Shown piece by piece: positions 27,680 to 37,310 of a stretch of 64,000 bases of DNA. The stretch spans positions 29,346 through 93,345 of the forward strand of contig JAJSAI010000019.1 in assembly GCA_024274695.1 (NCBI GenBank), in the 5' to 3' direction. A model generated the notes under the pieces. The model did no database searches, was not told where the DNA came from, and saw nothing but the letters and a program-made list of their open reading frames with translations. The position numbers and the translations under genes are program-made. Numbering within the stretch: the first letter of the stretch is position 1; each line of letters opens with the position of its first letter. The DNA comes from an archaeon. Its GTDB lineage: Archaea > B1Sed10-29 > JAJSAI01.

Positions 27680-29572
27680 TTACCTTAGCCTGATGCTGTC
27701 AAGGTTCCTCGGGCTCATGGTTTCTACCCTGAACTTGTACCCGATGCTCCTCGCGAGGTTAAGGCACTTTGATTCTTCCCCGTGGACGGTCAGGACCCTT
27801 TCAGGCTTGGGGGTGAGTTTCTTGTAGAACCCGAGCAGCTGGTTATAGTCCGCGTGGCCTGAGAGCCCGTCTATTGTTTCTATCCTCATGTTTATCTTGT
27901 ACTGTTTCAGCCTGCCGTTGTCCTCCAGCGCGACTTCTCTCGCTCCCCTTTGGATTTTCCTTCCAAGGCTTCCTTCCGCCTGGTATCCTGCGAACATGAG
28001 CGTGTTCCTCTCGTCCTCGGCAAGGTGCTTGAAGTATTCTATCACCGGGCCTCCTGACATCATTCCAGCAGGAGAGAGTATGATCGCTCTTCCCTCGTCT
28101 ATTATGCTCTGTCTCTTCTTGGGGTCAACGTTCTGGAATACCGGAGAATCGAAAGGAGAGTCATCGTGCAGTATCCTCCTCTTGACGCTCTTTTTCAGGT
28201 ACTCCGGGTACGCTGAGTGTATGGCGCTGGCTTCTTTTATCATCCCGTCAAGGTATACTGGGATGTCCCAGTCGTTCTCCCGGGATGCCTTTTCTATTAT
28301 CAGCATTATCTCCTGCGCTCTTTCCACGGCAAAGCTGGGTATGAGGACGATGCCGTTCTTTTCTATTGTTTCCTTTACTATGTCAAGCATTTTCTTTTCT
28401 GCCACGTACCTTGGAGGGTGAACGTCCTTGTTACCCCCTCCGTACGTTGATTCTATTATCAGGGTTTCTATCCTCGGGTAGCTTACGTCAGCAGGGTCAA
28501 GGAGTTCGGTGTACCCGAACTTCATGTCACCAGTGTACACGAGGTTGTGTGCGCCTTCTCCGACGTGCAGGTGGATTATGCTTGACCCGAGTATGTGTCC
28601 TGCGTTGTGCAGGGTGAGCCTTATGTCAGGGGCGATGTCCGTGACCTCCCCGTACTCTCTCGGGATGCAGTATTTTATCTCTTTTTTTATCTCCTTCTGC
28701 GAGTACGGAGCCTCTTCAGCGTTCCGGTACGCTATGTTAACGTAGTCTTTCTGGAGCAGGGCCATCACGTCCCTAGTTGCTGGAGTGCAGTACACTGGTC
28801 CCTTGTACCCGTACTGGAACAAGTAGGGCAGGAACCCTGAGTGGTCAAGGTGGCCGTGAGAGATTATCACGGCGTCAAGCTCGTCCAGGGAAAAGTCTAC
28901 GGAGCTCATGTAAGGGAATGCTCTCTTGGGGTCGCTGGTGGCCACGTTCACGCCGCAGTCCAGCAGGACCTTGCTCTCAGGAGTTTCCAGCAAGAAGCAG
29001 CTTCTCCCAACTTCTCTTGCTCCTCCCAGTGCCGTGAGCCTTATCCACTCTGTCTTCTTCCCCTCGCGGTAGATGTTCTTCCCAACATTCTTCAGGAACT
29101 TTTTGATGTCCTTGCTCTCCTTGATGAGCGTGTTCCTTATTCCTTCCATCATGTCTGACTTTGCGGTGGGCACTCTCCAGAGTCTCGGGCTCCAGCCTGT
29201 TTCCTTTGTTATCTGCTTGAGCGTGGACCCTCTGGGGCCTATAACGAGCCCAAGCTTTTTGGCTTCTATCACGACCTCGTGGAACTCTGGCCTGAAGCTG
29301 ATCCTGGTTATCTCTGCTTCGGGGGGAACGATTTCTCTTATCTTCTTTTCAGCCTTTTCAGGGTCTGCCAGAAGGCCTGCTGACGCCCTTAGTATAAAGT
29401 GCTTTTTGAGCTTGCTCGCAAGGCCCCTTATTATGCTCTCGTCGTTCATGAACTCTTCTATCTTGCTCGTATAGAGCACTATCTCCGGGCCTTCCACTTC
29501 TACCTTGTCCACCAGGCTCTTGTCAGGCAGACTTTCAAGTACCCTTTTCTCTATTTCCTTCGCAAAATCCAC
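27680..29572 (-). CDS. fttA: aCPSF1/FttA KH-domain beta-CASP ribonuclease, transcription termination factor
   Basis: N-terminal KH domains (EGPEIVLY, GLVIG), HGHLDHSG, AGHILGS and SGHAD; located next to psmB. Confidence 0.95.
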   Translation of the reverse strand: MDFAKEIEKRVLESLPDKSLVDKVEVEGPEIVLYTSKIEEFMNDESIIRGLASKLKKHFILRASAGLLADPEKAEKKIREIVPPEAEITRISFRPEFHEVVIEAKKLGLVIGPRGSTLKQITKETGWSPRLWRVPTAKSDMMEGIRNTLIKESKDIKKFLKNVGKNIYREGKKTEWIRLTALGGAREVGRSCFLLETPESKVLLDCGVNVATSDPKRAFPYMSSVDFSLDELDAVIISHGHLDHSGFLPYLFQYGYKGPVYCTPATRDVMALLQKDYVNIAYRNAEEAPYSQKEIKKEIKYCIPREYGEVTDIAPDIRLTLHNAGHILGSSIIHLHVGEGAHNLVYTGDMKFGYTELLDPADVSYPRIETLIIESTYGGGNKDVHPPRYVAEKKMLDIVKETIEKNGIVLIPSFAVERAQEIMLIIEKASRENDWDIPVYLDGMIKEASAIHSAYPEYLKKSVKRRILHDDSPFDSPVFQNVDPKKRQSIIDEGRAIILSPAGMMSGGPVIEYFKHLAEDERNTLMFAGYQAEGSLGRKIQRGAREVALEDNGRLKQYKINMRIETIDGLSGHADYNQLLGFYKKLTPKPERVLTVHGEESKCLNLARSIGYKFRVETMSPRNLDSIRLR

Positions 29573-29582
29573 GGTTTCCTCC

Positions 29583-30203
29583 TCACAAGAGTTTTTCTAT
29601 CTCGTGCTTTGTGAGCTTCCTGAACCCTTTCTCGTCTATCACGGCAATGTTTATTCCTTCTCCTGAAGCTGAGTCCCTTTGCATGGCAGCCCAGACAGCC
29701 TTGGCTGCTACTGGAAGAGCTTCCTTCACGGTGTACGTTTTCTTGTCCCTCAGCTTTTCTTCCAGCACACCGTAGGCCACAGGAGAACCTGAGCCGGTGC
29801 TCATGAAGCCTGCGGACATTTTCCCGCCCGCAGCATCAATCTCGTACAAGGCGGGCCCGTTGTCATCATATCCGCCCATTAGTATCTCTACCCAGTAAGG
29901 GAAGTACTTTGACTCCTGCAGTATGTTCGCGAGAAGCGTTGACGCTGCCTCCACGGAGATCCTTTTTCTCTTCTGCTTCTCGTAGAGAGAGCAGTTAACT
30001 GACATTATCCTTGCGAGACTCTGGTTGTCTCCCACAAGCCCTGCTGTTGTTATCGCGATGTGGGGCTGGATGGGCAGGATCTTTTCAACTTCCTTGTTTG
30101 CTATGAAGTGTCCCATGGTTGCTCTCATGTCAGCGGCGAGTATAACCCCGTCACTGCACTTTATTCCAACTGTAGTAGTACCAGTCTTGATTGAATCGCG
30201 CAT
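29583..30203 (-). CDS. psmB: proteasome beta subunit
   Basis: KTG|TTTVG propeptide site, GSGS and RDSASG. Confidence 0.96.
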   Translation of the reverse strand: MRDSIKTGTTTVGIKCSDGVILAADMRATMGHFIANKEVEKILPIQPHIAITTAGLVGDNQSLARIMSVNCSLYEKQKRKRISVEAASTLLANILQESKYFPYWVEILMGGYDDNGPALYEIDAAGGKMSAGFMSTGSGSPVAYGVLEEKLRDKKTYTVKEALPVAAKAVWAAMQRDSASGEGINIAVIDEKGFRKLTKHEIEKLL

Positions 30204-30328
30204 GAAATCCACCTAAAAATTTGGTGTTGTCTCTTGGGTGAGCTCTAACAGTTTTCCTGCAGTGAGTATTTAAAGGTTATGGTTTTGAGGGGTTTACGGT
30301 TATTGCCGTGGTCCTGTTCCCGCGCGCT

Positions 30329-30976
30329 TTAGTACTCTTCCACTATCCTGACCTTCTTTTTCTTCAAGTGCTTTTTGACGAGCTCCGCGAACAGCGCCTT
30401 TCTCACGTCAAGACTTCCAAGCTTTCTTGCTTCTTCTGGAAGGGTTATCTCCAGCACATCTCCCTCAATCTTCCAGCTTGGCTTGACTCCCGGAAACGCG
30501 AGCTCTGCCATTATCTTGACCTTATCGTCGTCGGTCTCAGCCTTTTCAACCACCTTGACCCAGTACTCAACCTCTTTTCCAGCCAGCTCGTGGTTGAAGT
30601 CTATCTGGACCCTACCGCTTGACACGCTGAGCACTCTCGCCCTTCTTCCCTCTACTTCCACAGGCATTCCTGGGACGGGAGTGATATTGTTCTTTTTGAA
30701 AACACTCTCCGGCACGACTGTTATCAGGCTAGGATCTCTCTTGCCGAACGCTTTCTCAGGAGGAATCTTAACAGTCTTCTCCTCTCCCTTTTTCATTCCC
30801 TTCAAAGCCTCTTCAAGCCCAGGGATAACCTGCCCGTCGCCGACGATTACAGGGAGAGGCTCGTACTTTATCTTGTCAGAGTAGATGTTCTCCTTTTTCG
30901 CGACCTCTGCTATTGTCGTGTCGAACACTTTTCCATCCGCTTTTGCGGTAAAGTCTATTTTTACAAATTCTGCCAT
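30329..30976 (-). CDS. long-type FKBP peptidyl-prolyl isomerase
   Basis: GKVFDTT, VIPGLEEAL, PPEKAFG.RD and DFNHELAGK. Confidence 0.93.
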   Translation of the reverse strand: MAEFVKIDFTAKADGKVFDTTIAEVAKKENIYSDKIKYEPLPVIVGDGQVIPGLEEALKGMKKGEEKTVKIPPEKAFGKRDPSLITVVPESVFKKNNITPVPGMPVEVEGRRARVLSVSSGRVQIDFNHELAGKEVEYWVKVVEKAETDDDKVKIMAELAFPGVKPSWKIEGDVLEITLPEEARKLGSLDVRKALFAELVKKHLKKKKVRIVEEY

Positions 30977-31054
30977 GCTTGCAACCTCCGAAACGAATTT
31001 AATAAGCTTTCTTGTATAACCTTCCTATCCTCACGTTTAAAAGGGTGTTGTTTG

Positions 31055-32179
31055 ATGAAGACGGAGACAAAAATTCTGATACTCGCGCTCGTGCTCACCC
31101 TCTCAGCGGGTCCTCTTGCCTGGGTGTTCAGCTCGCCCGCAGTGAAGCAGCTTCCTCCAGTAAGCCCTGAGAAGGAGCACGGGGTGTCCAGTCTTGTGTC
31201 CTCGGTGAGCTTTGTTGTTCCCGCGAACATAACCCGTGCCGGGGACACTCTCGTGGTCTCGGGAAAATCACTGTTCGCCATGAAGGACACGGCAGAAGAG
31301 CTCGCCTGCGGTGTTGCTAAAGAGTACAACATCTCACAGGACAACTGCGAGGTGCTGATGGCCTTGAACCCTGACGGGCCGGGATACGTGTACACGGTCC
31401 AGGTTTCAGGGGTTAATGACAGCATAAGAAAAGAGCTCGGTTTCAGGATAGTTTACAGGCTCAGGAGAGCGGGAGTTTTCGGCTCGGCGGTCGTGCCCCC
31501 CGTGTTCTCGGCGGTAGTCAGCCTGCCTGACACGATAGTCCTTCCTGATAACACCACGCTGAACAACTCAAAGCACATGGCCCTGTCAGGAGTGCCTGTG
31601 GTGTACTCTAGCAGGACCAACGAGACAGTGCTACTGAACTGCACCGCGGCGGTTATAAGGAACAAGATACTCTCCCTCTCCGCGTGCAGGGACGTGAGAG
31701 CAGTTCCGGACGACAGGTTCATGGGACTGTCCCCCTTTGACCTCATGATAACCCCCCTGAAGTACTCTGAAGAGAACATTACCGTCGTGGCACAGAACGA
31801 GACCAGGATCACAGCATCCTTTGACCCGTCACTTAACATAACAGAGGAACAGGTGAAAAGCGCGCTGAACTGGACGAACGTTTACTCCGTGGCTATAGGG
31901 AACGGGTCCATGTCACTGCTCATAGCGCCTCTTGCCAATGTCTCCAGGGCAAGATCATCCCTGCAGGCCCTCGGTGCGTCGGTTGACTCGGTGGAGTGGA
32001 ACACCAAGTTCCTGCTGGACAAGCCCAAGATTACTTTGGACGGGAAGGAGTACCTGCTCCTGATAAACTTTTTCCAGGAATGGGTTAACGAGTCCCTTTC
32101 TCCTGGAACCGTCCTAGAAAAAAGGCTGGAGTTCAGCACCAAGTACGGGGAGATAATAGGCGTTGGGCTCGCTAGCTAA
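31055..32179 (+). CDS. exported/membrane-anchored glycoprotein, unknown function
   Basis: N-terminal TM or signal peptide; many NxS/T sequons; beta-rich. Confidence 0.7.
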   Translation: MKTETKILILALVLTLSAGPLAWVFSSPAVKQLPPVSPEKEHGVSSLVSSVSFVVPANITRAGDTLVVSGKSLFAMKDTAEELACGVAKEYNISQDNCEVLMALNPDGPGYVYTVQVSGVNDSIRKELGFRIVYRLRRAGVFGSAVVPPVFSAVVSLPDTIVLPDNTTLNNSKHMALSGVPVVYSSRTNETVLLNCTAAVIRNKILSLSACRDVRAVPDDRFMGLSPFDLMITPLKYSEENITVVAQNETRITASFDPSLNITEEQVKSALNWTNVYSVAIGNGSMSLLIAPLANVSRARSSLQALGASVDSVEWNTKFLLDKPKITLDGKEYLLLINFFQEWVNESLSPGTVLEKRLEFSTKYGEIIGVGLAS

Positions 32180-32495
32180 GCCGGAGTATCGCCTCTGCAA
32201 TGTCCCCTCCGGTTTCACGCAGCGCTTTTTCAGCCTCTTCTGCTGTTCTCCCTGTCTTTTCTGCCACGAGCTTCACGTCATCCTCAGAGAACGGTTTAAG
32301 CTCCTCCTCAACCGCGTTACCCATAACCTGCCAGGTCTTCTGGCCCTGCGCCTCGATAAGAAGCACCTGAGGATTCGTTATCCTGATTATCTTGTCTGAT
32401 GACTTGATTATCACCTCGTCCGCCGGGACGGGAGACTGTTTTATTCCAAGCTGCTTCATCATCTTTTCCATCATCTTCGGATTCATTCCCATCAT
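32172..32495 (-). CDS. nac: nascent polypeptide-associated complex protein
   Basis: MNPKMMEKMMKQLGI...EVII...NPQV...EDDVKLVAEKTG...GDIAEAIL. Confidence 0.95.
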   Translation of the reverse strand: MMGMNPKMMEKMMKQLGIKQSPVPADEVIIKSSDKIIRITNPQVLLIEAQGQKTWQVMGNAVEEELKPFSEDDVKLVAEKTGRTAEEAEKALRETGGDIAEAILRLS

Positions 32496-32569
32496 GAACC
32501 TTCTTCTAAACGTTCTGTTTTAAAGCACTTGTCGTTACTTTTTTAACCGCCTGCTGCCTAACCTTCCAC

Positions 32570-33199
32570 ATGATAGTTATCGGTAACCTGAAGGCTTACG
32601 AGAAGGTGTTTCAAGGGACTGACGTTGACAGCGCTGTGCTTGAGGCAATAAGGGAATACGTTTCCTCAGGAGGTGTGATCAAGCTTGAGAGTGTTACCCC
32701 CATGAAAATCGCGTACCCCAGCAGGAACAGGCTCAAGGCCCAGCTTGACGAGGTCAGGGCAAAAAAGAGGAAGATCACAGAGGAAATGAGGAACCTGCGC
32801 AGAAAACAGGAGAAAGGAAAGAAAGCCCTCCGGAAAATAAAGGTTATCGCAGACCCCTTGTATTGGAAGCACAGGATAAAACTGCTCGCCGATCCAGGAT
32901 ACCGGAAAGCGTACGAGACCGTTGAAATGCCGGTAGCGGCCATGACAGACCCTAAGCACAGGAAAATGGTGGAGATGTTTGTCACGAACCCAGAGTACCG
33001 CGAGAGGCTGGTGGAGGCCAGGACATCTGTCATAGGAAGGTCCAGGGGTTCCATAAGAGAGAGTGTGGAAAAGTCGGACAAGTTCAAGGAAGAAGTGATA
33101 AGCGAGAGGCTCGGCAAGCTAGAGAAGGAACTTGAAAAGTACGAGCGGAGGGAGAAGGCCCTCAACACACTGCTACAGTTTTCAAGCAAGGTTTTCTAA
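32570..33199 (+). CDS. hypothetical coiled-coil protein
   Basis: TATA 25 nt upstream; K/E-rich helices with repeated DPxY/HR motifs. Confidence 0.7.
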   Translation: MIVIGNLKAYEKVFQGTDVDSAVLEAIREYVSSGGVIKLESVTPMKIAYPSRNRLKAQLDEVRAKKRKITEEMRNLRRKQEKGKKALRKIKVIADPLYWKHRIKLLADPGYRKAYETVEMPVAAMTDPKHRKMVEMFVTNPEYRERLVEARTSVIGRSRGSIRESVEKSDKFKEEVISERLGKLEKELEKYERREKALNTLLQFSSKVF

Positions 33200-33378
33200 A
33201 ACCAGAGTGGTCTTCCTTTTGCGATGAATGCGATTACTTCCAGGATCGTGGGAAGCGCGAACAGTATCACGGCTCCCTTTGCCTGATTCTTTTCCAGCAC
33301 GTTTCCCCTGTCAGCAGCGCCCACGAGCACCGCGAGCAAGAGCATGCTAAAGAGCCAGCTGAACACCCACTCTATCAT
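33196..33378 (-). CDS. small two-TM hypothetical protein
   Basis: Two hydrophobic segments; shares a central TATA with hel308. Confidence 0.6.
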   Translation of the reverse strand: MIEWVFSWLFSMLLLAVLVGAADRGNVLEKNQAKGAVILFALPTILEVIAFIAKGRPLWF

Positions 33379-33431
33379 AGGATACGAAAGGAAGCGATCG
33401 TTTTTATTGTTTTCCAGCGGAGAATACTCTC

Positions 33432-35504
33432 GTGGACAAGGAGGAGATAATAAGAAGAGTGCTGGAAGCGCACGGGATACAAAGGCTGAACCCTGTCCAG
33501 GAAGAGGCCGTGACCAAGGGCCTTTTCAAGCACAGGAACATGGTCATCTCAGCCCCGACAGGATCAGGGAAAACGCTGTGCGCTGAAATGGCTGCCCTGC
33601 ACACAGCCTACTCAGGAGGGAAAACGGTCATCCTTTCTCCCCTTCGCGCTCTTGCTTCAGAGCACTACGAGACATTTTCAGAAATCCACCCCAGCACAGC
33701 CCTCAGCATAGGAGACTATGACAGCCAGGACGCCTACCTGAAAAAGTACGACATCATCAGCTGCTCGTACGAAAAGTTCGACTCTCTCCTCAGGCACAGG
33801 AGCCCGTGGATAAGGGACGTGAGGCTTCTTGTTGTCGACGAGGTCCACGAGATAGACTCTGACAGGGGGCCGGTGCTCGAGACTGTCATGTCAAGAATAA
33901 TGCACATGGTTCCCGAAGCGAGGATACTCGCGCTCAGCGCCACGATCCCTAACGCGTTCGAGATCGCGGAATGGCTTGACGCCGCGCTAGTGATATCTGA
34001 GTACAGGGCAGTGCCCCTGAAGGAGGGAGTTTACTTTGAGAGGGTGATAGACTACGGTGACCACGCAGAGAAAGTGGAGTCAAGCAGGTCCGAGGACATC
34101 CTCTCGATCCTGGAGCACGCGGTGCGCAAGGGACAGCAGGCCCTCGTGTTCGCCAACACCCGGAGGAACGCAGAATCCCTCGCCAAAAAGGCAGCGGCCA
34201 TAACAGCCGGGCACGCTCCTCCTGAGGCCGGCGAGGCCGCAGAAAAGGTTCTGAGCGTGCTCGATCCGCCCACAGAACAGTGCGCTAAGCTCGCAGGCCT
34301 TGTGAAAAAGGGTGTGGCGTTCCACCACGCAGGGCTCGTGCAGAAGCAGAGGAAGATAATAGAGGACGCCTTCAGGGAAGGTGTGATAAGAGTGCTCTGC
34401 TCAACTCCCACCGTGGCCGCGGGCGTGAACCTTCCAGCGCACTACGTGATAATCCCCTCCGTGCACGTTTACAGGGACGGCCCCACCCTCATGAGCGTGA
34501 GGGAATACAAGCAAAAGGTGGGAAGGGCTGGGCGCATAAAGTACGATTCTCTTGGAGAAGCGATAACAATAGCCAGGTCAGAACCCGAAAAAAAGATGAT
34601 CTTCGACAAGTACATCAACGGGGTGCCCGAGAGAGTGGACTCCAGGCTCGGGAGCCAGTCTGTTCTGAGAACGCACGCTCTCGCGTGCGCGTGCAGCATG
34701 ATAACCACACTGGACGGGCTCGTGGAGTTCTTCTCCAGGACATTCTACGCGTACCAGAACGGCCCCACGGTCCTAAGACCACTGCTGGAAAACATTGTTG
34801 AAGAACTCGCGTCCTACGGTTTTCTTGACAAGAAAGAAGAACACTACCTGCCGACCAGGATAGGGTTCAGGGTAAACGAATTGTACATAGACCCGCTGTC
34901 CGCGAAGAGCATGTTGGACTGTCTGCTCTCGGAAAAGCACGCCAGCGACCTTGGCTACCTGCTCATGATCGCGGACACGACCGAGATGAGCCCCTGGCTT
35001 TCTGTTTCCAGAAAAGACGAGCCTGTCCTGTTCGAGAGGGCAGCGGCAGAATCCCAGGGTCTTTTCAAGACAGTGGACGGGTTCCATTTTGACTACTTTT
35101 ACCTGAACAAGTTCAAGCTCGCGCTAATGCTGCACGACTGGATTAGCGAGAGGACTGAGCAGGAAATCCTAAGAGAATATAATATCCCTCCAGGGATATT
35201 GTACTCTTTCTTGTCCAACGCGGACTGGCTGCTGTACTCAGCGGCAGAGCTCGCCCGGATATCAGGAAGAAAAGACCGGGCCAAGGGCCTTTCACTGCTC
35301 AGGGAGAGGGTCAAGCACGGGGTCAGAAAAGAGCTCCTTCCGCTCGTCATGCTCAAACACGTCGGGAGGGTCAGGGCCAGGATCTTGTGGAACGCGGGCG
35401 TCAGAAAACCCTCTGACCTGAAAAAGATTCCAGTACCAGAACTTGAAAGACTGCTCGGGAAAAAGACCGCGCGCAAGGTGCTCGAGCAAGTGGGTGAAGC
35501 ATGA
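33432..35504 (+). CDS. hel308: Ski2-like DNA helicase Hel308/Hjm
   Basis: LNPVQ, APTGSGKT, DEVH, LSAT, FHHAGL, GRAGR and C-terminal VGRVRAR.L HhH. Confidence 0.93.
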   Translation: MDKEEIIRRVLEAHGIQRLNPVQEEAVTKGLFKHRNMVISAPTGSGKTLCAEMAALHTAYSGGKTVILSPLRALASEHYETFSEIHPSTALSIGDYDSQDAYLKKYDIISCSYEKFDSLLRHRSPWIRDVRLLVVDEVHEIDSDRGPVLETVMSRIMHMVPEARILALSATIPNAFEIAEWLDAALVISEYRAVPLKEGVYFERVIDYGDHAEKVESSRSEDILSILEHAVRKGQQALVFANTRRNAESLAKKAAAITAGHAPPEAGEAAEKVLSVLDPPTEQCAKLAGLVKKGVAFHHAGLVQKQRKIIEDAFREGVIRVLCSTPTVAAGVNLPAHYVIIPSVHVYRDGPTLMSVREYKQKVGRAGRIKYDSLGEAITIARSEPEKKMIFDKYINGVPERVDSRLGSQSVLRTHALACACSMITTLDGLVEFFSRTFYAYQNGPTVLRPLLENIVEELASYGFLDKKEEHYLPTRIGFRVNELYIDPLSAKSMLDCLLSEKHASDLGYLLMIADTTEMSPWLSVSRKDEPVLFERAAAESQGLFKTVDGFHFDYFYLNKFKLALMLHDWISERTEQEILREYNIPPGILYSFLSNADWLLYSAAELARISGRKDRAKGLSLLRERVKHGVRKELLPLVMLKHVGRVRARILWNAGVRKPSDLKKIPVPELERLLGKKTARKVLEQVGEA

Positions 35505-35511
35505 TGGCAGA

Positions 35512-35593
35512 CGCCCTCAGGAAGAGCGGGTTTCCTCACTCACGCGCTCCCGTGGGGGCGCGGGTTGGGTGACCCTCTTATCTTCATAGGGCG
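35512..35593 (-). ncRNA. box C/D methylation guide sRNA (predicted target 23S rRNA helix 69)
   Basis: Terminal stem CGCCC/GGGCG, box C AUGAAGA, 12-nt guide UAAGAGGGUCAC, D' CCAA, GC hairpin, C' GUGAGGA, 12-nt guide AACCCGCUCUUC and box D CUGA. Confidence 0.8.
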
Positions 35594-35602
35594 AGCGTGA
35601 AA

Positions 35603-36814
35603 CTATTCCCCGAACTGTTTTTTCATGAGGTCAATAATGTTCTGGGCAGGGTACGCGAGTCTTATGAGGGTAGTGTTCCCCCTGACTCCTTTTCCTGAGA
35701 GGGTTGTGGTGATGAGCCCGAGCATTTCCAGTTCGTTCATGTACTCCTTGCACCATCTTGCGGTCCTAGGCTCTCTTCCCAGCACCCTGCATATCCTGTT
35801 GTACCTGTCGTATACTTCTCCTGTGAACAGCACGTTCTCGGCCACTGTTCCATCAAGCCTCGCGTAGTGCCCTCCTTCTTTCGAGAGCTGGGCTATCGCG
35901 TACAAGAGGATCTTCTGGTGCTCTGGCAGGGTCTTTATCACGTTGTACACGATCTCGTTCTCGACCCCTTTCCTGGCGAGGTTCACGTGCTTGTCCGTGA
36001 CCTTCTGGTCTCCCATCTCGTCAGCTATTTCCCCTGCTTTGAACAACAGCCGGAGCGCGTACCTCGCATCTCCTGACTCGTTCGCGGCCAGGGCGCTGGC
36101 GAGGTTTATCGCGCTCTCGTCAACAGCCCCTGGCTTGAACCCAAGCTTTACCCTCTGTTCCAGGATATCTTTTAGTTCCTCAGCATTGTAGGGAGGGAAC
36201 ACGAGCTCGTCCTCGAACAACGCGCTCTTGCTCCTTGGGTCGAGGGAGTCCTTGAAGTTTATGTTGTTGGAAATGCCGATCATGCTTATCCTTCCGGCGG
36301 CCAGCTCGTCGTTCGCCCTGGTTATGGTGTAAATAAGATCGTCCAGGTTCTTGACCTTATCAACCTCGTCCAGCACGAGTATCATGCTCAGGTTGTTGGA
36401 CTGCACGTAGTCCACGACCTTCTGGAACAAGTGCGAGAAGGGAAACCCTAGGAAAGACTCTTCAGGGTAGCAGTACTCCGCGACCTTTAGCATGACCTGG
36501 TACTTCGTGTTTAGTATCCTGCAGTTAGTGTAAACACATTCAACGCTCGCCCCGTACTTTTTCTTGACCGCCATGAGTTTGTCAATAACATGCTTGGTTG
36601 ACACCGTTTTTCCCGTGCCAGTCTTCCCGTACAAGAACATGTTGTTTATTGTTTTTCCGGACAGGGAAGGAGCGAGCTTTTGCATGAGCGCCTGGATTTG
36701 AGCCTCCCTGTGGGGAAGTGTTTCCGGGACAAAATGAGGGCTGAGCACGTTCCTGTCAACAAAAACAGTTGACTTCCTGAGCTCTTTTTCGAAGATATCA
36801 TCCATCATCATCAC
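35603..36814 (-). CDS. cdc6: Orc1/Cdc6 replication initiator
   Basis: LPHRE, YGKTGTGKT, LDEVD, F.PYNAEEL.DIL, GDAR and C-terminal winged helix. Confidence 0.96.
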   Translation of the reverse strand: MMMMDDIFEKELRKSTVFVDRNVLSPHFVPETLPHREAQIQALMQKLAPSLSGKTINNMFLYGKTGTGKTVSTKHVIDKLMAVKKKYGASVECVYTNCRILNTKYQVMLKVAEYCYPEESFLGFPFSHLFQKVVDYVQSNNLSMILVLDEVDKVKNLDDLIYTITRANDELAAGRISMIGISNNINFKDSLDPRSKSALFEDELVFPPYNAEELKDILEQRVKLGFKPGAVDESAINLASALAANESGDARYALRLLFKAGEIADEMGDQKVTDKHVNLARKGVENEIVYNVIKTLPEHQKILLYAIAQLSKEGGHYARLDGTVAENVLFTGEVYDRYNRICRVLGREPRTARWCKEYMNELEMLGLITTTLSGKGVRGNTTLIRLAYPAQNIIDLMKKQFGE

Positions 36815-36953
36815 TGTCCCCCGGACCGCGAGCGCCTCCTAGAAAGGGGTTACTTGAATTATGAGACTACCAGTATAAAAACGTTTTTAGGGTAAGTGTT
36901 TTAAACAACGTGAGCCAAAATACTAACAAAAACAAAAGACTGGAGGTAGTATC

Positions 36954-37304
36954 ATGCCTGCGCTGTTGGGAAAACTGAAGACGTCAAAAAATGTTGACAT
37001 CGAAGAGTACCTGGACAATCTTGCTCTTGAGGAAGAGGATCTTCTGGAAGAACATGCTGACATGTGGGTCAAGCCTCTTTCCCTGGAGTCTGTCGGGGAT
37101 GTTGAGGACGTTGTTTCAGAGTTGAGGAAGGGGAACATAATCCTGTTGAACATTTCTCCGCTGTACAAGAAAAACACCATAAAACTGAAGCAGGCCATCT
37201 CAGAACTGAAGGGACAGGTTTCAGAGCTTGACGGCGACATCGCCAGGATAACCGAGGAGAAAGTGCTGGTGACTCCTAGCAGGGTGAAAATAGCCAAAAA
37301 GTGA
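36954..37304 (+). CDS. sepF: cell division protein SepF (archaeal)
   Basis: ELRKGNIILLNI...LKG....DGDIARI...VLVTPSRVKI. Confidence 0.9.
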   Translation: MPALLGKLKTSKNVDIEEYLDNLALEEEDLLEEHADMWVKPLSLESVGDVEDVVSELRKGNIILLNISPLYKKNTIKLKQAISELKGQVSELDGDIARITEEKVLVTPSRVKIAKK

Positions 37305-37310
37305 GACGGT

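Noticed and set aside
36815-36953. Replication origin next to cdc6/polD
   Set aside because: Only 139 nt, explained by two promoters. No repeated ORB consensus is visible.
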